Below, piece after piece: positions 56,578-64,000 of a DNA stretch of 64,000 nt. The stretch covers positions 15,400 through 79,399 of the forward strand of contig ONBM01000024.1 in NCBI GenBank assembly GCA_900316045.1. The letters are read 5' to 3'. Below the pieces are notes generated by a model. The model was not told the origin of the DNA, made no database searches, and worked only from the letters and a program-made list of their open reading frames with translations. The stretch comes from an uncultured Bacteroidales bacterium. GTDB lineage: Bacteria; Bacteroidota; Bacteroidia; Bacteroidales; UBA932. How positions within the stretch are numbered: the first letter of the stretch is position 1; each line of letters begins with the position of its first letter. A program made the translations under genes and the position numbers.

Positions 56578-58792
56578 AAAACGGATAACCTACGCCAAAG
56601 TGGACAGCGAAGCCGTCATTTGAGAACCAGCGGCCGGGACCGAACCATCGCTCGCCTCTGGCCAGTGAAGGGTCATGCATCTTGATGCCCATGTCGAGGC
56701 GCAGGATAAGGAAATTGAGATCGACTCGTACTCCCAAACCCCAGTTCGCCGCAAGACTCTTGCCGAAATTCTTCATGCTGAACTTGGCGAGATTCCAGTC
56801 TTCACTCTCTTCCTCACGAATTGTCCAGATATTACCAACATCTGTGAAGAGAGCTCCATAAAGCTTCCAGAACATCGGGAATCTGTATTCCAGATTAGCT
56901 TCCAGCTTCATGTCGCCAGTCTGGCTGGGAATGGAGAACATCTTGTTGCCCTTCATCCTTCCGGGACCCAGGTCTCTGGCTTGCCAGCCCCTCATGCTGT
57001 TCGCTCCTCCGCTGTAGAATTGCCTTTCAAGCGGCAGAGACTGAGAATTGCCGTAAGCCTTGCCGATGCCACCTAGGAACCTCATGGCGATGGACTGCCT
57101 TTCACTGCCTCCGAAAACAAAAGTATTGCCCAGAGTCAGCTCCGCCCGAACGTATTGGGAATATGGGGTACCCCAGATAAGATGATGACCATAAGCGTCT
57201 TTGCTCATTCCGGCATTGAAGAGGCTCATCACGTTGCCAGAAACGTCGAACTGGAATCGCACGTAGCGATAAGAGACTTTCGGATTCAGGTCGGAACAGG
57301 TAGTGTAATATGCTGTCAGGCTGGACCCAGCATCGAAGTGGTCCTGATAAGCGTCCCTTAAGAATAGATTGTTCTTAAGGGTCTCGTAGAAATCCGTATC
57401 CAAGTGGTACAGCTTTACTATTTTTGCCCTTAGAGGCTCGAACTGGTAATAAAAATTCTTGAGCGAGCCTGAATATCCGAATGAGCCGGAAATCATATTC
57501 CTGGTATATTCGGGACGGCTTTGGTAATTGTAAGACGTGTTAATTTCTGTCCTAGGTATCAGAGCTCCCTTGAACATAGAGTTCGGCAGACCCAGGAACT
57601 CAGGGAAACTAAGGTTGGCAGTGACTCCCAGCTCGTTAGAATGCACTTTTCGGTCATTCGACTTGAACTGGAAATTTCCCAGGAAGCCAAGATTCAGCCA
57701 CTGCCCTCCCCTGAATATATTCTTGTGGAAATAGCTGAACTGAGGTGATATTCCTATTAGCCCTGAAGAGTTCGTGGAACCTTCCAGATTCACCTTGAAG
57801 CCTTGCGTCTTGGACTGAGTGAGGCTGATGGCGCAGTCGACATATTCAGAATCCCTCGGAGTCAACTGCATATTCACCCCGCTGAAGATCCTCAGTGCGG
57901 AGAGCCTGGCATACGTGTTGTTCACGTCCCTCTCGTCGTATAGCGCCCCCGGTCTGAGAGTATTCATATTCCTAAGAACCTTCTCGTTGAATTTCAGGTC
58001 CTTGTCGTGGGAAATCGTCACATCTCCTATCTTGTATTTCACCAGCGGGCGGGCGTTCTCGGGGGTCTCGTTCCTAGTGTAATTGTTAATGGTCATAAGC
58101 AGGCCGCAGGTGTCGTTCCTGGCCAGGGTGTCAGCAGTGAAAGAATAGAAATTCTTTGTGAAACCGTAATATCCGTGCCTCCTGAAATAGGCCGCCGACC
58201 TTTCGGTCTCTTTCTCCAGATTGGATTCAGAGAGATAGTCGCCTGGCTTGATCATGATATTCACAGAGTCGGCAGAGAAATCCTGACGGAACTCCCCTTC
58301 TGGGATTGAATATTGTATAGTGCTTATTTTATATCGCTTGCCGAGGGTTACATTATATTTCACTTTAACTTTTCTCCCGCTCACTTCCACGTCACTGTTG
58401 ACCTTGGAGTCATAATAACCGATGTATTCAAGATGCTTGCAGATGTTTTCTATCGATTCGTCAAGCTGGGTGGGGTCATAGACCACGGGAGGAGTGCCGA
58501 TTTTGTGGCAAAACCTGTCCAGGAAATTATTGTCGTATCTGCCCGCCCAGTTGTAGATGACGAGGAAAGGATTCCAGCCGAAGACCAGCGATGGATTCGG
58601 CTTCTGCTTGATGTAGGACTGCACATCTTTTGTGTCGGCATTTTTGCCGTTGGTGACGTTCACCGTGTTCTTTGCAAGGCGATACTCCCCTTCCTGCAAG
58701 CTCCTTGTCGTGCTGCAAGATGAGACTGCCAGCACGAATGCAAGGGAAGAAATCAAGAATATATGTCGAACCCCGAGGGCCATCCGAACCAT
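56576..58792 (-). CDS. BamA/TamA family outer-membrane protein (surface antigen D15 beta-barrel)
   Basis: Signal/lipobox-like N-terminus, POTRA-like region, and a C-terminal beta-barrel ending in an aromatic residue (...GVGYPF). Confidence 0.8.
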   Translation of the reverse strand: MVRMALGVRHIFLISSLAFVLAVSSCSTTRSLQEGEYRLAKNTVNVTNGKNADTKDVQSYIKQKPNPSLVFGWNPFLVIYNWAGRYDNNFLDRFCHKIGTPPVVYDPTQLDESIENICKHLEYIGYYDSKVNSDVEVSGRKVKVKYNVTLGKRYKISTIQYSIPEGEFRQDFSADSVNIMIKPGDYLSESNLEKETERSAAYFRRHGYYGFTKNFYSFTADTLARNDTCGLLMTINNYTRNETPENARPLVKYKIGDVTISHDKDLKFNEKVLRNMNTLRPGALYDERDVNNTYARLSALRIFSGVNMQLTPRDSEYVDCAISLTQSKTQGFKVNLEGSTNSSGLIGISPQFSYFHKNIFRGGQWLNLGFLGNFQFKSNDRKVHSNELGVTANLSFPEFLGLPNSMFKGALIPRTEINTSYNYQSRPEYTRNMISGSFGYSGSLKNFYYQFEPLRAKIVKLYHLDTDFYETLKNNLFLRDAYQDHFDAGSSLTAYYTTCSDLNPKVSYRYVRFQFDVSGNVMSLFNAGMSKDAYGHHLIWGTPYSQYVRAELTLGNTFVFGGSERQSIAMRFLGGIGKAYGNSQSLPLERQFYSGGANSMRGWQARDLGPGRMKGNKMFSIPSQTGDMKLEANLEYRFPMFWKLYGALFTDVGNIWTIREEESEDWNLAKFSMKNFGKSLAANWGLGVRVDLNFLILRLDMGIKMHDPSLARGERWFGPGRWFSNDGFAVHFGVGYPF

Positions 58793-58840
58793 GCCACTAT
58801 AAATTTCTGCTAATTTATGAATATTTTGCCAAAAGATGCC

Positions 58841-58869
58841 AATAAAAAAGGCGGCCCCGTGAGGTCGCC
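58841..58869 (-). terminator. intrinsic terminator of the GH78 gene
   Basis: Minus strand reads GGCGACC-tcacgg-GGCCGCC followed by TTTTTT. Confidence 0.65.
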
Positions 58870-58898
58870 TTATTCACAATTGCGGGCAATTCGAAATA

Positions 58899-61472
58899 TT
58901 ACTTCGTCACGGTGTACGTGCCGGCTTCATATTCCTTGGCTTCAGTCTCTCCCGGAAGAGTGACAGTCGCGGTAGCGCCCTCCGGGATTGTAAATTCCCA
59001 TGTCCAGGTGTCGCCATCGTACTTCCATGCGCTCTTGATCACGCCTGCAGCAGATTTGTATTCAGCGGTAACGTGGCCGAGTCGCTTGTCGGGAACTGGC
59101 TTCATGATTATGTGCTTGAAACCTGGCACGGCAGGATCTGCTGCAATGCCTGCTACAGTCTCCCATATCCACTGGCCAACGCAGCCGTAGGCATAGTGGT
59201 TGAAACTGTTCATGCCCTTAGGACCCATGCCTTTGTCGAGCATGTAGCTGTTCCAGCGCTCCCATATCGTAGTTGCGCCATTGTCAACCGAATAGAGCCA
59301 GCTAGGGTTCTTTCGCTGGAAGAGGAGCTCGTAGGCGATGTCTGTCATGCCGTTTTCGGTGAGAGTCGGCATCAGAATGGACGTGCCGAGGAAGCCTGTC
59401 TGGAGGCAGTTGCCATGCTGGGCGAAATTATCCCTGAGGCGGGCGATCATTCTGTCCTTGGCTTCGCCCTCCACGATACGGTTCTTCAAAGCGAACAGGG
59501 CCGGAGTCTGCATGGTGTTGAGTATGGCGGTCTTGAACGTGCCGTCAGCATTGAAGAACTGCTCCTTGACGTAAGCTTTCGCATCATCGGCCATCTTCTG
59601 ATAAATCGAGCCATCGCGGCCAGTTGCGGCAGCCATATCTCTCATCATCTCGGAATCAATCACCCAGTAGGATGCAGAGAGGTAGTCCCAGTACTTGATT
59701 GCGTCAGGAAGAAGTTTGCCATTGGAGGAAGCGCCTCCGCCGCAGCTCTCAAGAGGCTCATAGCTGAGCCAGTCAGCCCATTGAAAGTTGCGGTTCTCTG
59801 CCGCGAGAGTCTCGTGGTCGTACTTGGTGTCGTTGACGTGATTGATGAACTTGTTCATCGACTCCCAGTTCTCGTCGATGATCTGAGTGTCGCCGAACTG
59901 CTTCCAGACAGTCCAAGGCACGATGACGCCGGCATCGGCCCAGCCGACGCGCATCATGTCGTCACCATATTGAGCAAGAGGAGCTACGCCAGGATATCCG
60001 CCGAGATCGCTTTGCGAGTCACGCATGTCGCGCATCCACTTGTGGAAGAATTTCATGGTGTTGGCGAAGAAGGTGCCGGTCTCGGTAAATACTTGAGTGT
60101 CAGCCGTCCAGCCAAGTCGCTCGTTGCGCTGAGGACAGTCTGTAGGAACTGAAAGATAGTTGGAGAGCTGTCCCCAGTAGATGTTGGAGATCAGCCTGTT
60201 TATGAGGTCGTCTCCGGTGCTTATTTTCCCGATTTCCAGATTCTCTGCAATCGATGTCACAGGAATGGACTTAACGGACTTGATCGTAACGTCAGCGTCG
60301 GCGGTGATGGACACCAATCTGTAGCCGAAGAAAGTGCAGTGAGGATAGAATTCCACGAAATCTGCTGAAGGCGCGAAAGTATATTCAAGGCGCATTCCTG
60401 TTTTAGGGATCCTGAGATTCTCTCTGTGTACGCTTCCCTCTGGACCATCCATGCCGCGGCTCTTGGCACCATTGCCATCGTTCAGCAGCTCGGAAGGTAG
60501 GCATGTGAGCGTGGTTCCCTCTGCCGCCTTGAAGACGAAGGATGGAACGCCTGCGCAGTTCTGTCCGAAATCGACCACCAAGGTTTCCCCCGGGCTGACA
60601 GTCATCTCCTGGCCGTCTGAATATTCCCTCTCGACTACCACCTTGCCATATTCATCCTCTGTGGCTCCTTCAATGTCTTTCCAGACATAAGCCTTGACGG
60701 GTGCGAGAGCTATGTCATTCCTGAGGTATACCTCGGCACCGTCGGAAGGGAGAATCTCTCCGGCAAACTCAGTGTTCTCCTCTGGAGCCGAAAGTTTGTC
60801 TGGCGTGTTGAAACCCAGAGGCACTCGGGCGTCGTAGGTCTCGCCATCGAATATTGCTGCGTGCTTAACGGGACCGGCAATTCCGGCCTTCCAGTTATCG
60901 AGGTCCGTGCCATAGAGTTTCTTCGTGCCATCTGAATATGTCAGCTCGAGCACTCCGCGGAATGCGCACTTCTTTCCTATCATCCCATCGTAGCCGCCAG
61001 GAGTGATTATCTTGTCTCCCCACCATCCTGGGGTCACTTGCGCTGAAAGAACATTCTCGGCGCCTGATTTCGCATTGAAAGCATCGGTGACATCGTAGGT
61101 GAATGAACGCTTTGTCTTTGCGTAATGCGTGAAGCCGGGCTTTAGGAATTCATTGCCCACCGGCCTGCCGTTCAGATAGAGTTCGTAGACGCCCAGGCCT
61201 GCGGTCATCCACTTGGCGGAGGTAACCTTCTTTTCATTCTTGACCGTGGAAACGAACCAGCTGGAGCCGTCCGCCGCTCGCCCGTCATTGGTGCCGTGAA
61301 CGACTGGTGCGTCAACAGCGGAAATCCATTTGGACGCATTCCATGCCGATGCGTCAAGAGCGTCCGTCTTCTGCCCTACCACAGTCGCAGTTTCACCCTG
61401 CGAACCGCAAGCCGAAGAGACAAGGATCATTGCCGAAGCCAATCCGGCTAGATAACCAATTCTTTTTCTCAT
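58899..61472 (-). CDS. alpha-L-rhamnosidase, glycoside hydrolase family 78 (lipoprotein)
   Basis: Lipobox LVSSAC and catalytic block VPTDCPQRNERLGWTADTQVF. It is a paralog of the 28744..31407 gene. Confidence 0.85.
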   Translation of the reverse strand: MRKRIGYLAGLASAMILVSSACGSQGETATVVGQKTDALDASAWNASKWISAVDAPVVHGTNDGRAADGSSWFVSTVKNEKKVTSAKWMTAGLGVYELYLNGRPVGNEFLKPGFTHYAKTKRSFTYDVTDAFNAKSGAENVLSAQVTPGWWGDKIITPGGYDGMIGKKCAFRGVLELTYSDGTKKLYGTDLDNWKAGIAGPVKHAAIFDGETYDARVPLGFNTPDKLSAPEENTEFAGEILPSDGAEVYLRNDIALAPVKAYVWKDIEGATEDEYGKVVVEREYSDGQEMTVSPGETLVVDFGQNCAGVPSFVFKAAEGTTLTCLPSELLNDGNGAKSRGMDGPEGSVHRENLRIPKTGMRLEYTFAPSADFVEFYPHCTFFGYRLVSITADADVTIKSVKSIPVTSIAENLEIGKISTGDDLINRLISNIYWGQLSNYLSVPTDCPQRNERLGWTADTQVFTETGTFFANTMKFFHKWMRDMRDSQSDLGGYPGVAPLAQYGDDMMRVGWADAGVIVPWTVWKQFGDTQIIDENWESMNKFINHVNDTKYDHETLAAENRNFQWADWLSYEPLESCGGGASSNGKLLPDAIKYWDYLSASYWVIDSEMMRDMAAATGRDGSIYQKMADDAKAYVKEQFFNADGTFKTAILNTMQTPALFALKNRIVEGEAKDRMIARLRDNFAQHGNCLQTGFLGTSILMPTLTENGMTDIAYELLFQRKNPSWLYSVDNGATTIWERWNSYMLDKGMGPKGMNSFNHYAYGCVGQWIWETVAGIAADPAVPGFKHIIMKPVPDKRLGHVTAEYKSAAGVIKSAWKYDGDTWTWEFTIPEGATATVTLPGETEAKEYEAGTYTVTK

Positions 61473-61684
61473 ACTTTTAGTTAATTAATATTGGATTGTT
61501 GTTTTAACTGTTCTTCAATTATTAATGGTTAATTTTTTTTTACGATTCCCCGAAAATGAGCTTTTACCACATTTCAGGGAACGCTTTTTCAATTTTTCAA
61601 AAATACTAAAAAATCTGAATAAGGAATATGCCCTCAAGAGGTTAATTTCGAGAAAACACAAATAAATCGAATATCCGAGCCAGC

Positions 61685-61815
61685 ATGGGTACTCCTTCGG
61701 TTGGATGCAACAAGTTGATTCTTAATATATTATTGACTTAATACCTAAAAGTATCCTGTAAAAAAATAGCAGGGAACTTTATAGAATGCGCATTCCTTGC
61801 TCATCTGACCTGTTT
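61685..61815 (-). repeat. CAGGATACTTT-family repeat, copy L (diverged or partial)
   Basis: The reverse complement of 61685-61765 shares the 12-mer ACAGGATACTTT and about 76% identity over ~42 nt with 62672-62750. The upstream half is only weakly similar. Confidence 0.55.
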
Positions 61816-62031
61816 TCCGCACTTTTTCTGGGCTCAAACCAAAATCTACGCAACAACCACGAGAGAGGCTGAACGCTTTGTCGATTCGGGTGTCCTGCGG
61901 CAAATGACTTCCTTCGAAGTAAGCATCCCCGATTTCATCGAGATTCACCCAATTTTAAGTTTCGCGGCTTGGCAGTTCCGGGCTTCATCCATCGGTGCTG
62001 CACCGCCCCGCCCGATCTCCGGCGATGGAGT

Positions 62032-62304
62032 CGAAGTCTCCCCTGTCGCAAAGCCTCCATGCAAATCACTCGGGAGGAGAATTGCCCCTGGGGCGTATGG
62101 ATTGGAGTCGCACTGACTTTTGGCTGGCAGTTGGGACTGGCAAAAAACGGTCATCCACCACTACATCGCCTTGCACGCCATATCCACTCCCGAGTGAGTT
62201 GCAAGGGGACAAGGTGGGGAAAGACTATCTTCTACAGAATCTTCGTCTCGACATGCGCACAGGCCTCAGCAACGGCCAGGCTCACAGCACGCTGGAGAAG
62301 GCGC
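62032..62304. repeat. conserved non-coding element, copy B (single-unit form), inverted relative to copy A
   Basis: The reverse complement aligns to 12951-13183 plus 13328-13367. Confidence 0.85.
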
Positions 62305-62419
62305 GCTTCCTTGCGGAGAAGATACAGGAAATCGATTAGGTGAATCCCAGACCCAGTCGGCCATTCTTCATGAGAAAGAGGAGCCAGAAGTGACCGAGCC
62401 CCTCAATATCATCTCAGTT

Positions 62420-62452
62420 AACTGCGCAAATGGTTGTCCCATTGCTGAAAAC
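62420..62452. repeat. module m1, inverted copy
   Basis: Matches the reverse complement of 12723-12756. Confidence 0.7.
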
Positions 62453-62602
62453 ATTCACATACCAAAAACGGTAACAAATTGCAAAAAGAATGAATCCTCT
62501 GCTTGCAGGTGTGCATAGAAGAGGAGTCATTATATTAGTATTTTGAATCAGTTAAAACTATGATCGCCAAAACGAAATGTGCCGGATTCTCAACACTCGC
62601 TT

Positions 62603-62765
62603 ACAACAGGATACTTTCGTAAGCAAGCGCAGAAGCACCCAGAATGAGCTTTTGAGAAGTATCATGTAATTTTTTGACAGGATACTTTCAGACTCCAATA
62701 TAACATATTAATAATTAACATGTTGCTACTAACCATCAGAGTACCCTCAAAGGTTTACTAAATTC
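62603..62765 (+). repeat. CAGGATACTTT-family repeat, copy Y
   Basis: CAGGATACTTTC occurs at 62607-62618 and 62678-62689, with an imperfect internal hairpin. It is homologous to copies X and L. Confidence 0.7.
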
Positions 62766-62780
62766 TCCTCATGGCAGCTT

Positions 62781-62810
62781 TGCCAATCCTCAAGTTCTGG
62801 AGGATTGGCA
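62781..62810. other. perfect 11-bp hairpin TGCCAATCCTC-aagttctg-GAGGATTGGCA
   Basis: Read directly from the sequence. No adjacent U-run lies on the appropriate side of either strand. Confidence 0.6.
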
Positions 62811-62993
62811 GAAGAAAAATAAATTTGCTTTCTTAAAACGTTTTGTTTAAAATTGCATAGGCGGAAGCTCTAGGCATCCGTCAAAACGTGAGTGGAAGTC
62901 CGGTATTCATAGGTGACCTGACTGCAAGCGATCACCTGACGAAGGTATTCAGCAAAACGCCAGGTGCTTCAGGGATAGAAACAGAATGAGTGA

Positions 62994-63783
62994 ATAGCCG
63001 ACGGCAGGTCTGCGTTCCACCTTATGTTCTATAATTTGAAGACCAGTGAGCATTTCCTTGCGCTAAGAAAGGGTCGAGGGCCAGGCGAGATAATTCAGGT
63101 TTTTTTTCAGTGTCAATGTTCATGAAACGGTGAGTACTAAAATGGCATTTCTTGACACCATAGCAAGTTTCGGAGAGAGTTTTTCCAAGCCATCTGGGAT
63201 TGCATGCTGTGGGAAACACGAATTCATAACTACAAACCTCATTAGCGACGATGTGTGGTATTCGTATTCCGATTGGTCTGGGAAGATACTCTCAAGCGTG
63301 CCTGCGCTGGAATACAGGGAACTCTCGGACGATTTCGACACCAGGGTCTCGCGTCTGATAAGCTCATTCTTGGTTTCCAGCCCGGACGGGACAAAGGCAT
63401 GCGTGGCAAACATTGGGTTTCCGGCGATTTCCTTTTCCTCTGTCAAGGAAGGAACGTTAACAGAATACAGGCGCTATGCCTATCCTGCAATGGGGTTCAG
63501 GGGGACCAGCATCACAGAGGATTTAGTCGAGAATTTCAGCAGCCTGCAGGCCGACGAAGAATATGTGTATGCCTTATATTCGGGAAACAAGCTTCGCAGC
63601 GGTGTCCTTCCCGCCTACGAGAGCCGACATCTAATAGTATATAATTGGTCAGGCGAGCCGGTGCGGCACTTCTTCCTGAGCAGAAATATAACGCATTTCT
63701 TCGTGGAAGGGCGCAAGCTCTACTGCGACTCCTCATACCCTGACTTCAACGTGTACGTTTATGACTTGGGAAGATATCTGTAA
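62994..63783 (+). pseudogene. 6-bladed beta-propeller (DUF5128/BF3164-like) lipoprotein gene, 5'-truncated and frameshifted
   Basis: The frame from 62994 reads IADGRSAFHLMFYNLKTSEHFLALRKGRGPGEIIQVFF (family G.GPGE motif) and then stops. The ORF 63130..63783 continues in the +1 frame after a T8 run (63100-63107). No signal peptide or N-terminal third is present. Confidence 0.5.
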
Positions 63784-63888
63784 ATCATTTGCATATTTAA
63801 AACGTTATATATAAATTTGAGCCGAGGAAGAGAGGAGACGTGTCGCAGCGCATAATAACAACGCTAAGCCATTCAAGATACCATTCTC

Positions 63889-64000
63889 ATGCGTAACGGA
63901 AGCAAATACTCCAGAGCGGCAACGACGGCCATCTTCGCCGTCATGTTGTCCCTGCTGCTCCCATGCTCCTGCAGAGATTACCGAGTCGGCAGGAGAATGA
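63889..64000 (+). CDS. lipoprotein N-terminus; runs off the window edge
   Basis: From the ATG at 63889: MRNGSKYSRAATTAIFAVMLSLLLPCSC, a signal peptide with a lipobox-like Cys. It may be a tandem paralog of the preceding pseudogene. Confidence 0.35.
   Translation, partial: MRNGSKYSRAATTAIFAVMLSLLLPCSCRDYRVGRRM

Noticed and set aside
59073-60152. Long antisense ORFs: 359 aa here, and also 10596..11375, 42847..43533, 46215..46850 and 4543..5043.
   Set aside because: Each lies fully inside, and antisense to, a gene with strong family motifs (GH78, glpB/C, pyrD, acyltransferase, coaE). Their composition is typical of antisense shadow ORFs.
61745-61948. A 67-aa minus-strand ORF whose ...FGLSPEKVRKTGQMSKE... 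faintly resembles an AraC-type HTH tail.
   Set aside because: The similarity is loose and partly overlaps repeat copy L. There is no upstream domain. It needs BLASTX or HMM evidence before calling.

Overview
The window looks like a chromosomal segment from a Bacteroidales (Bacteroidota) genome. Three things support that placement: the nusB-yajC-ybbR-coaE synteny, repeated matches to the Bacteroidetes TAnnTTTG -7 promoter box just upstream of start codons, and several Bacteroidetes-restricted DUF families. About 90% of the window is ordinary housekeeping and glycan-utilisation genes. These include glpABC, rimO, valS, tatAC, queA, pyrD, asd, upp, rarA, rlmD, a TamA/BamA-like OMP, two GH78 rhamnosidases, one GH95, and genes that may belong to a periplasmic 3-keto-glycoside pathway. 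I found no transposase, integrase, reverse transcriptase, cas gene, CRISPR array, rRNA or recognisable defence operon. The unusual content sits in three gene-poor patches (12.1-14.8 kb, 18.2-18.7 kb, 61.5-63.1 kb) and two convergent-gene gaps. These are built from a mosaic of non-coding repeat modules. (1) A ~273-bp element occurs twice in inverted orientation 48.7 kb apart, with an extra flanking ~34-bp module also inverted. One copy carries a 72-bp tandem expansion, and two of its units contain a perfect TAnnTTTG box. (2) A 154-bp twin-hairpin module occurs twice. (3) A ~165-bp family built around the 11-mer CAGGATACTTT has three copies, two of which bracket the second copy of the 273-bp element as inverted repeats. 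(4) Three GC-rich tandem arrays have periods of 65, 102 and 66 bp. There are also gene-decay signals: valS is split by a +1 shift in a G4 run, a GH92 C-terminal remnant is present, and a beta-propeller lipoprotein gene is 5'-truncated and frameshifted. Whether the repeat mosaic is a functional system (ncRNA, inversion substrate or REP/MITE-like mobile DNA) or neutral debris cannot be decided from this window alone.
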